Part shown: one piece after another, positions 8,438 through 16,947 of the stretch
How positions within the stretch are numbered: position 1 is the first letter of the stretch
Layout: each line of letters starts with the position of its first letter
Origin: a virus
Lineage: Duplodnaviria; Caudoviricetes
IMG/VR virus record: IMGVR_UViG_3300020045_004058
Span: 1 to 29,145 of that record
Length of the DNA stretch: 29,145 nt
Reading direction: 5' to 3' (one strand)
Translations under genes and position numbers: made by a program
Notes under the pieces: generated by a model
Told to the model about the DNA's origin: nothing
Database searches by the model: none
The model's input: the letters and a program-made list of their open reading frames with translations, nothing else

Positions 8438-8629
8438 TTAATCGAAGTTAAATCCAAGATATTTTATCTTAATTAAATCTGATGCAGTAAAATAGTTTTC
8501 CTTTATCTTTTGGCTTATAGCCTGTCTGGTTTGTCCCAATTGATCAGCTAACCATTGCTGAGTTTTTTCTTCTCTGTGAAGCCAAATAATAACCTTCTCA
8601 CTTGTCTTTATAAGTTTTACTTCTGCCAT
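8438..8629 (-). CDS. Cro/XRE-like HTH regulator
   Basis: TQQWLADQLGQTRQAISQKI. Confidence 0.85.
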   Translation of the reverse strand: MAEVKLIKTSEKVIIWLHREEKTQQWLADQLGQTRQAISQKIKENYFTASDLIKIKYLGFNFD

Positions 8630-8656
8630 ATATTTACATTGTTATAATTTACCGTT

Positions 8657-8683
8657 AAAAGTATCCGAATCGCTCCGGCTACC
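8657..8683 (-). terminator. Hairpin with GCGA tetraloop and U-run
   Basis: Minus strand GGTAGCCGGA-GCGA-TTCGGATACT-TTT. Confidence 0.6.
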
Positions 8684-8745
8684 AATTCTTTAAATCACTA
8701 AAAACCTAAACTAACCAAAACATGAAAAAACCAAATTCAGAAATC
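8657..8745 (-). ncRNA. Candidate sRNA antisense to translation-start regions
   Basis: -7 variant TAACTTTA at 8758-8751, U-rich body containing UUUCAU, ends in a terminator. Confidence 0.4.
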
Positions 8746-8755
8746 GAAAGTAAAG

Positions 8756-9415
8756 TTAAAATAAACTTTCATATATGCCAATTTTATTATTAATTTCTTC
8801 ACGCATTTTTATTCTTTCTTCTGGTGTACTTAATTCTAAACAATATTTTCGATGTTGTCTTAATTCGTTTCTAATTTCAGAAGCAATACGTTTAATTTCT
8901 ATAAAATCATCTTTAGTCAATTTTAGCGGTTTTAAGAGTTTTAATGACTCTATCTTGTTCATGTAGTCAATTCCATAAACTTTTATTATTCCTTCTCTAT
9001 ATCGAATATTATCGCCACCTAAAGCAGAATTTGAATGAAAGGATTGAATATGGATATTGTGAAGGTTTAAACAAGTAGTTCTATTTGATCCAACAGACCA
9101 GAAATGACCGCCTGACATCTTACCATTCATTGATCCTGTTGCAATGCACGGACATCCGTAATCTATTAGCCTTGCAATTTCATTTATAATAGGCTGAATA
9201 TATTTTTGTCTGTACCCATCTGCAGAAAGAAGTTCAATTGTTTTTTCTTTCTTTTCAATTATCTTTGATTTAGCAATCTGTTCCTTAGATTTAGCTATTG
9301 CAAATTCAATAAAATGATCATGGCAATACTTTCTTTTTATGGTTGAGTTTGGAAATGATGCAACTTGATTATTACATCCTTCATATCTACAAAGTTTAGG
9401 TTTTGGCTGTATCAT
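8756..9415 (-). CDS. ninG: NinG/Rap-family recombination endonuclease
   Basis: ARLIDYGCPCIATG, GGHFWSVGS, NIHIQSFHSN, GDNIRYREGI. Confidence 0.8.
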   Translation of the reverse strand: MIQPKPKLCRYEGCNNQVASFPNSTIKRKYCHDHFIEFAIAKSKEQIAKSKIIEKKEKTIELLSADGYRQKYIQPIINEIARLIDYGCPCIATGSMNGKMSGGHFWSVGSNRTTCLNLHNIHIQSFHSNSALGGDNIRYREGIIKVYGIDYMNKIESLKLLKPLKLTKDDFIEIKRIASEIRNELRQHRKYCLELSTPEERIKMREEINNKIGIYESLF

Positions 9416-9618
9416 TGTCTAATATTTGTTTCAGGTGTAATAGTTATTTTAACCGTAGTTTCAAAATAATCGTATCTGAAACTGTATAGATTTTTCTGAG
9501 TCATACAGTAAGACCAAAACTCATCTATTTGAGAAGTTTCGATTAATACTGAATTTCCTTTGAGTAGTTCTAATAGTATTTCTTTCATTTGGTTTATTTT
9601 AATTCTATTGGTCTCCAT
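9412..9618 (-). CDS. Hypothetical protein
   Basis: 68-aa ORF in operon. Confidence 0.65.
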   Translation of the reverse strand: METNRIKINQMKEILLELLKGNSVLIETSQIDEFWSYCMTQKNLYSFRYDYFETTVKITITPETNIRQ

Positions 9619-9944
9619 TCAATAACATTACTTATTATCGAATCATCTTCTTTTGCCCAATCACAAAAATTATGTCCGTCAATAAATCCTGAATAAATTC
9701 TTGCTTTATGCCAATTACCATTATTGCATTTAGCTATGACAAATTCACTTCTTAATCCATCCCAATTACCGATTTCGTAAGCAATTGGCAATTCTTCTTC
9801 AGCAGGAATCCATAACTGAGCAAATTTGACACCTAATTTTATACCTTCTGAAAGCGTTGATATATCTCCGGCCACATTATCTAAATCATTATCTCCAAAT
9901 AATTCTAAAATTTTACTTTCTATAAATTCTTCAATTGTCTTCAT
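9594..9944 (-). CDS. Phage hypothetical protein (DUF551-like)
   Basis: WIPAEEELP ... VIEWRPI. Confidence 0.7.
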   Translation of the reverse strand: MKTIEEFIESKILELFGDNDLDNVAGDISTLSEGIKLGVKFAQLWIPAEEELPIAYEIGNWDGLRSEFVIAKCNNGNWHKARIYSGFIDGHNFCDWAKEDDSIISNVIEWRPIELK

Positions 9945-10041
9945 TTGGTAGGTTTATTGTTATTACTAAGGTTTGATATCCGGCCGTATAGACTTCTGAT
10001 ACTCCGGCTATTTCTTTGATCTGATTAATTATTTCTTGCAT
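9931..10041 (-). CDS. Small hypothetical protein (36 aa)
   Basis: MQEIINQIKEIAGVSEVY...; follows -7 variant TATCTTTA at 10054-10047. Confidence 0.5.
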   Translation of the reverse strand: MQEIINQIKEIAGVSEVYTAGYQTLVITINLPNEDN

Positions 10042-10057
10042 GGTTGTAAAGATAGCG

Positions 10058-10113
10058 AATCCCCAGATAAAAGTGATTTCAAGGCGAATTGAATTTGCAA
10101 TTATCTGAGGATT
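10058..10113. other. Intergenic stem-loop
   Basis: AATCCCCAGATAA (10058-10070) / TTATCTGAGGATT (10101-10113), 12/13 complementary. Confidence 0.6.
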
Positions 10114-10140
10114 TTTTAAGAGTGTTTACATATGGTTAGT

Positions 10141-12456
10141 TTAAAACATTGATAATTGACCATTCTGCTCGATAGCAGTTAAATGGTTACGTTTATTAAT
10201 TTCAAAGTAAGAATCTTTTAACTCAATTGATATTGATTTTCTGCCCATTTTAAGAGCCTGATAACCTTCTGAACCAATACCACCAAACGGAGATAAAACA
10301 GTTTCTCCACGATTAGAATATAGAAGAATGATTCTTTCGATAACTCCAAATTGAAGTGGGCAAATATGCTTTTCATCATTATTCGCTTTGGCGTTCATCC
10401 ATTGCAAAGTATTGGTTACATCAATATCCATCCAAACAGGAGAAGCATAACGCTGCCAAACTTGATGAGAGTATTGCTCAGTTTTAGAATATTTACTTTC
10501 TTGATCATATCCCCAATGTTCATTAAATCCGTTAACATCACGAGGAAACTCATCGAATTGGTGCATAGGAACGTAGTAAGTGAATCGAATATCATCCAAT
10601 TGAATCGGCACTTCATTTGGTTCTTTTGTCTTAAAACAAAGCACACGATCAGCAATTCCGGCACGAATAATGCTCATATCTTTAGTTACTTGTTTATGAG
10701 CTAATCCGATTGTTTTTGTTCTTACAGCTGCCAAAAGTGGATCTTTCCAGATGGTGAAATCAGAATGCAAAAACATACCGATCGATTCAAACATATCGCT
10801 GATCATGTCAGGGAAGCGTCTTAATCCAATATATCCGTCTCTGCCTTTTTGAGTAGGTAAATTCATACAATGAATCGCAATAATACGACCGGGTTTAATT
10901 ACTCTTTTTAGTTCGTGAGCTAAATATCTTAATTGTTCGACAAATTGATCATATCCAGATACATTTCCCATATCTTCAATGTGATTACTGTATGTGTATA
11001 AATCTGCAAACGGAGGACTGAATACAATCAAATCGACTGAATTGTCGTTAACTTCTTTGATGCGTTGCACACAATCACCACGCATTAACCAAAATTTATC
11101 TGCCTTTAAATCTTCTGAGTTCATCGCATAATTTGTTAGTTGATTATTTAAGTTTTTAGTAACAGCTTTTACCATGCTAGCTTGCATATTTTCAAATGAT
11201 TTTTGTTTGTCCTGTAATATTTTGATAACGTTAATCATTCGGTCAGTAGTTACCATGTAACAAGTAACTTTTTCTGTTCTTCCAAATCTCCATGAACGTC
11301 GCATTCCTTGATAAGTTCCTTCAAAGCTAAAATCAATCGAATCAAAAATCTGAATACCGCAATTTTGAAAGTTCAATCCCATCGAAGCAATTGAAAGTTT
11401 AGTTATCAAAATTTGATATCTATTGTGAGCAAATCCCAAAAGATCAGATTCTTTCTTTTCGTTTGAGTCAGAGCCTTGCACGTTACGACAATCATAACCA
11501 AGCGCGGTTAATTGTTTGTAGATACTTTTTGCTTCCTCATTTTGTTTTGTCCAGACTATGATCTGTTCAGTTTTTGGAAGTGACTCGATAATTTCAATCG
11601 TCTTTTTGATACGCTCAGTTTCAGTTTCACGAAGTGATGAATTATAATCGGTAGCATTAACAGCTATACCCGGAAACATAACTCCTTCTGGTAGTGGTGT
11701 TGATACCTGAACTTCTATAATTTCAAGCTCTGGCAAATCGAATCCTTCTGTTTTAAATCCTATATCTTTAGGATGAGAATACATAACGGACCATGTACTT
11801 ACAAACTCATAGAATTTATCAACGGCATGGCCTTTTAAACGCCATTTTTGAGTTGACTGCATATCGTTGACAAAGAACATAGCAAGCATCTCATTGTACG
11901 TCATAGCGTCTAAAAATTGACTATGATTTCCCAATTCCATCGGATCGTTCGGGCTAGGTGTAGCGGAAAAGCAAAATTTATACGGTGTTTTTTTGAACGT
12001 GTCAATCAGTAAGTTTCTGAATTTTCCCTGTTCGTTTTTCAGGATAGAACTTTCATCTAAACAAATGCATCCGTATTTTTCAGTATCAATGTTTTCAAGT
12101 TGATCGTAGTTTGCAATGTTTATCGGTGCATCTTCTGTAAACCATTTAACATTAATATTAAACTTATTACCCTGTTCAATAGTTTGTCCGGTAACAGCTA
12201 AAGGCGCAAGTATTAAAACTGGTTTATTGGTCTTTAAATAGACTTGATGAGCAATTTCTAACTGCATAGGTGTCTTTCCTTGTCCGGTGTTGGCGAAAAT
12301 TGCGTACTTTCCGGCTTTTAATGCACGTTTAACGGTGAACTTTTGGAAGTCAAAAAGCATCGGATTAAGTTCTGATTCTTCAATATCAAAACCTGATTCA
12401 ATTACTTTTTTCTGTTTTGTTTTTAGAAAATCTTCGTAAGTTAATTCTTTTGTCAT
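10141..12456 (-). CDS. SNF2-like helicase fused to an N4C/N6A DNA methyltransferase
   Basis: Helicase motifs TGQGKT, LDESS, SATP, RRSWRFGR; MTase FSPPF followed by VLSPFGGIGS (beta-class order). Confidence 0.9.
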   Translation of the reverse strand: MTKELTYEDFLKTKQKKVIESGFDIEESELNPMLFDFQKFTVKRALKAGKYAIFANTGQGKTPMQLEIAHQVYLKTNKPVLILAPLAVTGQTIEQGNKFNINVKWFTEDAPINIANYDQLENIDTEKYGCICLDESSILKNEQGKFRNLLIDTFKKTPYKFCFSATPSPNDPMELGNHSQFLDAMTYNEMLAMFFVNDMQSTQKWRLKGHAVDKFYEFVSTWSVMYSHPKDIGFKTEGFDLPELEIIEVQVSTPLPEGVMFPGIAVNATDYNSSLRETETERIKKTIEIIESLPKTEQIIVWTKQNEEAKSIYKQLTALGYDCRNVQGSDSNEKKESDLLGFAHNRYQILITKLSIASMGLNFQNCGIQIFDSIDFSFEGTYQGMRRSWRFGRTEKVTCYMVTTDRMINVIKILQDKQKSFENMQASMVKAVTKNLNNQLTNYAMNSEDLKADKFWLMRGDCVQRIKEVNDNSVDLIVFSPPFADLYTYSNHIEDMGNVSGYDQFVEQLRYLAHELKRVIKPGRIIAIHCMNLPTQKGRDGYIGLRRFPDMISDMFESIGMFLHSDFTIWKDPLLAAVRTKTIGLAHKQVTKDMSIIRAGIADRVLCFKTKEPNEVPIQLDDIRFTYYVPMHQFDEFPRDVNGFNEHWGYDQESKYSKTEQYSHQVWQRYASPVWMDIDVTNTLQWMNAKANNDEKHICPLQFGVIERIILLYSNRGETVLSPFGGIGSEGYQALKMGRKSISIELKDSYFEINKRNHLTAIEQNGQLSMF

Positions 12457-12481
12457 TCTGATTTGGTTTTTATTTTAGTGA

Positions 12482-12895
12482 CTAATCTTTTCTAGTTTCG
12501 TTGAATAACATTTTAGCTTCTTTCTCAGCTTGTAAATCTATTCCGTAGTGAATAGCTATTGAATCACAAACTATTGAAATATCGGCAAGTTCTGAGGCGT
12601 CAAATATTGAAGTTCCAACTTTTGTGCTATCCGATAGTTCTATTGCTTCTTCTGCTATTTTTTTGATAAAATCAAATATGTTTGTTTTATCATTTATCAG
12701 ATCACGTTTTACAGTAGCATTGTAATTCCTCAGTGCCACTTCTTCCGGTGTCAAACGGTTACAAACTGATACCGGATCGAAAAAGATTTCCACTACCATA
12801 AAATCGTTTGATTCAGGCGATATAGCCAGAAGGGAAACACCCTCTATTCCGGCTATGTTTTGGATTGATTTGATTAATGTGCTTTTATGATTCAT
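12482..12895 (-). CDS. MazG-like nucleotide pyrophosphohydrolase domain protein
   Basis: KIAEEAIEL ... SELADISIVC (EExxE...ELAD). Confidence 0.7.
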   Translation of the reverse strand: MNHKSTLIKSIQNIAGIEGVSLLAISPESNDFMVVEIFFDPVSVCNRLTPEEVALRNYNATVKRDLINDKTNIFDFIKKIAEEAIELSDSTKVGTSIFDASELADISIVCDSIAIHYGIDLQAEKEAKMLFNETRKD

Positions 12896-13055
12896 GACCA
12901 ATTATTTTATTGTTTTCCTTATCGCAAAAGTTATTTGCAAAGAATAAACTTGATGATTTGAATAATACTTCATCATCTTCATTAATATCTTCAAATGATC
13001 CTACAAATGCAGAAGTGCCATCAAAAATAACGTAGTGTAAATTGTCTGCTTTCAT
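12885..13055 (-). CDS. Hypothetical protein (56 aa)
   Basis: MKADNLHYVIFDG...; first ORF after the promoter at 13079-13086. Confidence 0.6.
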   Translation of the reverse strand: MKADNLHYVIFDGTSAFVGSFEDINEDDEVLFKSSSLFFANNFCDKENNKIIGHES

Positions 13056-13078
13056 TTCTTTTCGTTTTAAGGTGTTCT

Positions 13079-13132
13079 CAAAAGTATATTAACTAATTGA
13101 TATTACTGGCTTTTAAAGTATGTTGTATAACA
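13079..13132 (-). promoter_or_regulatory. Leftward promoter (-7 TACTTTTG) with palindrome at 13121-13132
   Basis: TGTTGTATAACA 34 nt upstream of -7; IHF-like WATCAANNNNTTR at 13102-13090. Confidence 0.7.
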
Positions 13133-13134
13133 TA

Positions 13135-13566
13135 TCAATATTTAGCTGATTTAAGCCATACATCGAATGATGAAGGAAAGTTAACCGTTAATCCGTTTTC
13201 TGCAAATCGCTTTGAAATAACGTCTATAAGTTGGTCAATTTCGTTTGTTTTGAGCTTTGTTGTTGAATCGTATTGATACAGAACTTTGATAATCGGTTTA
13301 ATCCAATAAGTTTTAAACATCTCACCAGACCAAAGCATTTCAGCAGATACGTTTTTGTAATCTAAATACTGAAAATATTCACCCGAACTGTTTAAAGCTT
13401 CTGCGCAAGACGTGAACCATAAATGCAATGCTCTATTTTGAAGGCTTGATCTGGTTTGCTTAACTTCTTTTAACTCAATAATTGCGCCTTTTTCTTTCAG
13501 GTATGTAAATTGTCCGAAAGCTTTTAGAAAGCCTTCTGATGTTGATAAGTTATAAGTTTCGGTCAT
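13135..13566 (-). CDS. NinB-like protein
   Basis: RSSLQNRALHLWF and STTKLKTNEIDQLID. Confidence 0.7.
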   Translation of the reverse strand: MTETYNLSTSEGFLKAFGQFTYLKEKGAIIELKEVKQTRSSLQNRALHLWFTSCAEALNSSGEYFQYLDYKNVSAEMLWSGEMFKTYWIKPIIKVLYQYDSTTKLKTNEIDQLIDVISKRFAENGLTVNFPSSFDVWLKSAKY

Positions 13567-14033
13567 TTTATTTTGATCGAAATTACTTCAGTTACCTTTT
13601 TTGAAGGTGGGTTAAGATACTCGCCAGTTTCAGGATTAACTACCAACATAGGAACAATATTTTTAAGCATTTCCTGACGTTTTTTAACCATTGCATTATA
13701 ATGATCTGCTTTTTCTTGTAACTCTTGTAATTCGCTGTCATTACACGTTGAATAGTCTAATGTTGCTCTAGTACTTTTAGTTATTTCAGTTCCGTAAATA
13801 GCAATTGTTTTTTCAGTATATTTATCAAGTTCTGTTAATAACTGATTCCTGATTTCGGCATCTTTGCGAAGTCCTGAAATGAGTTCTTCCATGATTTTTA
13901 ACTGTACTTCTACTTTTACCGGATTGTATTGTCCTGATAATATTTCACTCTTTGCAGCCTGAATAAAGCTCGTAATTTGAGCTTTATTCTCTGGCATCAA
14001 TCCAAATACTGATAATGCGTTATGATTTTCCAT
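13563..14033 (-). CDS. Phage hypothetical protein of the recombination module
   Basis: 156 aa, NPETGE C-terminal motif, coupled to the SSAP gene. Confidence 0.75.
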   Translation of the reverse strand: MENHNALSVFGLMPENKAQITSFIQAAKSEILSGQYNPVKVEVQLKIMEELISGLRKDAEIRNQLLTELDKYTEKTIAIYGTEITKSTRATLDYSTCNDSELQELQEKADHYNAMVKKRQEMLKNIVPMLVVNPETGEYLNPPSKKVTEVISIKIK

Positions 14034-14034
14034 G

Positions 14035-14643
14035 TTATAAATTATTAATGATTAATTCAAGTTCTGTTTTGTATTCTTTTTTAGTTCCGTATGGCGCAAC
14101 CTGAAAAGCCTTAAAGTTAGTTTTTGCCTTTTCAATCATTGTTTCATCACCTGACATTAATCCAGCTTTGATAGCGTTAAAATTCTTTTCACTCATCCAT
14201 GTTTCAATCTTTGGTTGATTCGATTGATTATTTTGTGATTGTGGTTTTGTGCCTTTACCCATAAACACATCAATACCAATTCCCAAATAACTACCTATTT
14301 TTGTGATTCCGTCAGTTGTTGCACCTTTATAAGCATCGCCTAAATCAAAGTTTTTATTTTTTTCACCTCCATTATCGTTACCTCCAAAAGATTCGTAATA
14401 AACTCCGTATTCTGGAATGGTTAAAATTGTTTTAATAACTATCATCCCGTTTTCGTTTTCTGATACTTTTTCGGCTCTTACTTGCCATGAACCACAACCA
14501 AATACATCATTAAGTCTTTCGGTTACATAAATGGCTTTAATCGAAGATAAATAGGTCTTTGTAGGGTGTTGGCTGATTGCTTCGGTGGGTAATGGCTTTT
14601 TTAGAGCCAAATACATTTCAGGTGTAATTTTTTGATTTTCCAT
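14035..14643 (-). CDS. Rad52/Rad22-family single-strand annealing protein (Sak-like)
   Basis: YVTERLNDVFGCGSW, AYKGATTDGITKIGSYLGIG. Confidence 0.85.
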   Translation of the reverse strand: MENQKITPEMYLALKKPLPTEAISQHPTKTYLSSIKAIYVTERLNDVFGCGSWQVRAEKVSENENGMIVIKTILTIPEYGVYYESFGGNDNGGEKNKNFDLGDAYKGATTDGITKIGSYLGIGIDVFMGKGTKPQSQNNQSNQPKIETWMSEKNFNAIKAGLMSGDETMIEKAKTNFKAFQVAPYGTKKEYKTELELIINNL

Positions 14644-14655
14644 GTTTAGTTATTT

Positions 14656-15012
14656 TTAGATTTCATAGTATTTGTGAATTAACTCATGTATTTTATCTAG
14701 ATTATCTAAATTGACTTTAATCTCTTCACCATCGTAAAAGAAAGTAGTTGAATATTTCATTACTGATCGGCTTGATATTTCGGTCTGGTTGTTTTCGTCA
14801 GCTTCGGGATATTCGGTGTAAAGTTCTAAAACTGATTCAATCATATATTCATCAGGACAATGATAAAAATAATTTACACCTACAAATTCAACAACTTCAT
14901 TTAATTGAAATTCAATTGTTTGTTTTGAATCTTCGGTGTTAAACTTATTTGTTAAATGATTAACGATAGCGTTAATTTCAATTTCTGATAATTCGATTGC
15001 TGTGATTTTCAT
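14656..15012 (-). CDS. Hypothetical acidic protein
   Basis: 118 aa, follows the promoter at 15036-15043. Confidence 0.7.
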   Translation of the reverse strand: MKITAIELSEIEINAIVNHLTNKFNTEDSKQTIEFQLNEVVEFVGVNYFYHCPDEYMIESVLELYTEYPEADENNQTEISSRSVMKYSTTFFYDGEEIKVNLDNLDKIHELIHKYYEI

Positions 15013-15035
15013 TTGGTTGTTTTTAGAATGTCTAA

Positions 15036-15089
15036 CAAAAATAGGGTTAATAGTAATATGGTACTAATATATTGGTATGTTCTACAACA
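15036..15089 (-). promoter_or_regulatory. Leftward promoter (-7 TATTTTTG) with palindrome at 15078-15089
   Basis: TGTTCTACAACA 34 nt upstream of -7. Confidence 0.7.
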
Positions 15090-15587
15090 TTAATCTAAAG
15101 TATTTATGTCAATTGCTAAACCTTGTTCAATTAATCCGTAAATATCAAAATGCCACTCGAATAGTTTTTCAAAAAGCCGTAATTGAAATGCAGGAGTATA
15201 AATTTTACCATTAAAATCATACATACCAAAACTCTTTTCAATACAATATGCAAATACAAAATCGTCATTAAATAGTATGAATGCTCCGTCTTTATTTATT
15301 TCTAATTTTTTTACTTTTATGCTATCAACTCCCATTGTTATTTTAACCAATTCAACAATTGGGATCAACCCACCATCCAAACAAGGCTTTGTAATGTCTG
15401 AAAGCGGTCTTAAAATTGGTATTGGCTTTGATATCATATCTGAATTATACCATTTAATTACTGCTGAAATACCCACCCAATGAGTAGATGAGCCTTGACC
15501 AGTATTCATTACTAAATTACGTTCGCCTCTTTTTATTTTAAGTTTATAAGGCAAATAAGATGCAAGGTGTTTTAGTTCTACTTTCAT
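15090..15587 (-). CDS. Conserved-looking Bacteroidota phage hypothetical protein
   Basis: LKHLASYLPY, PILRPLSD, WHFDIYGLIEQGLAIDIN. Confidence 0.8.
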   Translation of the reverse strand: MKVELKHLASYLPYKLKIKRGERNLVMNTGQGSSTHWVGISAVIKWYNSDMISKPIPILRPLSDITKPCLDGGLIPIVELVKITMGVDSIKVKKLEINKDGAFILFNDDFVFAYCIEKSFGMYDFNGKIYTPAFQLRLFEKLFEWHFDIYGLIEQGLAIDINTLD

Positions 15588-15677
15588 ATCTTTTAGTTTT
15601 AAATTTACCGCAATTTATTTATTTTGAATTGATTAATCTAATTTTAAAGTGTGTTGTTAAGCATATATTCAAACATT

Positions 15678-16112
15678 AATGAACTAACTACTTTGAGAAA
15701 AGATTCGAGGTTTTTGAAGGTCTGAAAAAATAAGTCATACCCCTACCCCCTAAAAGGATATAACTTATAAATTCAGACTAAAACTACTTCTCGAATGAGT
15801 TCTCGGATTCCGTTTTGGCTCACTATACACATAAGTCGTAGAACGTGCAATAATGATTTAACTGATTGTATGCTTTCATCAATACTGATGACTGAGGTGT
15901 GATTTAAGACCTTTATTAGCTTTCAGAATGGCTTTATATAACTAACTTCATTCAATTGCTTATGTAGGCTATTTTCAGCTAGTATTAGAAACGATAAAAC
16001 CATCCCCAAATAAATGAGAATGGTTAAATCTTAGACTGCCAAGTCTTGAAACGGCACTTTTGCCGAATACGTTTAATATCGTTTTACTATGTTCTATTTC
16101 AATACTTGGCAT
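15678..16112 (-). ncRNA. Candidate large structured non-coding RNA/leader
   Basis: 560-bp gap with no long ORF, consensus promoter, many stems that have G-U pairs only on the minus strand. Confidence 0.6.
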
Positions 16113-16116
16113 AACA

Positions 16117-16148
16117 CAAAAGTACAAAATACTTTCATAGTATGCAAA
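16117..16148 (-). promoter_or_regulatory. Consensus Bacteroidota promoter TTTG-N20-TACTTTTG
   Basis: -33 at 16148-16145, -7 at 16124-16117. Confidence 0.8.
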
Positions 16149-16149
16149 T

Positions 16150-16785
16150 TTATTTTTGTACTGGTTTAAAATCTTTTCTATTGACTAAATAAGAATGTAA
16201 ATGATTCTCGTTAATAAATAACCTGAACACATTATCAGGAAATGGATTATCATTAGATGAATTGTCTATTTTGTATATGCAACCTTCAACAAAATAACCT
16301 TTAATTTCATTTACACATTCATACCAATCGCTTTCCACCTGTTTAACTGGCTTACTATGTTTCTGGTGTAATGCTCTTTCTTTCCAATAAGTAAGAGCTT
16401 TATTTAGTGATTCAATTTTTAATTGATCTTCGTGAAATCTATTACCTAAATTTTCACTACTTTCATAACTGAATTTAAGCTTACTTCGTAGTGATGTAAT
16501 CTCAGCAACAGCATCTTCAAAGTACTTTTTTGTATCAGCATACTTAACGAGTAATTTAGAATACATACTGCCCTGAGTTTCGGAAAATGCTTTTTCTTCT
16601 TTTAGTTCTGTTCGGGTCTGTTTCTTCTCAATATCACTGAATTTAATCCACGTTTTAGCCTCTTTAAGCCGTAAATACAAAGCAATGATAAAAATAATAG
16701 CGATCAATAAAAAGACTGTTAGATAGCCATTAATTAGTGCATAATTGACTGAATGGGTTTCAAGAAAGTTTAATAATAGTTTCAT
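16150..16785 (-). CDS. Membrane-anchored coiled-coil protein
   Basis: N-terminal TM followed by a heptad-rich region. Confidence 0.75.
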   Translation of the reverse strand: MKLLLNFLETHSVNYALINGYLTVFLLIAIIFIIALYLRLKEAKTWIKFSDIEKKQTRTELKEEKAFSETQGSMYSKLLVKYADTKKYFEDAVAEITSLRSKLKFSYESSENLGNRFHEDQLKIESLNKALTYWKERALHQKHSKPVKQVESDWYECVNEIKGYFVEGCIYKIDNSSNDNPFPDNVFRLFINENHLHSYLVNRKDFKPVQK

Positions 16786-16791
16786 GTGATT

Positions 16792-16947
16792 TTAGTTTTT
16801 AGATTGTTTTTTAACTCGGTTTGATAATAAGTAAAGAGCGAAAAATGCAATAGCATAGCAAATAAAGATAGTCCGATCAGATAAGCTATCGAGGTATATA
16901 AACATTTCTTTTAGCTGAAATGCAAGTAATTCGTATAGATGTTTCAT
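16792..16947 (-). CDS. Small membrane protein (51 aa)
   Basis: MKHLYELLAF...TIFICYAIAFFALYLL; ATGA-coupled to the upstream gene. Confidence 0.6.
   Translation of the reverse strand: MKHLYELLAFQLKEMFIYLDSLSDRTIFICYAIAFFALYLLSNRVKKQSKN

Noticed and set aside
13121-13132. parS site interpretation of the palindrome
   Set aside because: 12 bp rather than the 16-bp TGTTTCACGTGAAACA consensus; fixed spacing to promoters favours a transcription factor site
15989-16084. tRNA gene
   Set aside because: Cloverleaf-like, but lacks the T-loop GTTC motif, a 7-nt anticodon loop and standard arm spacing
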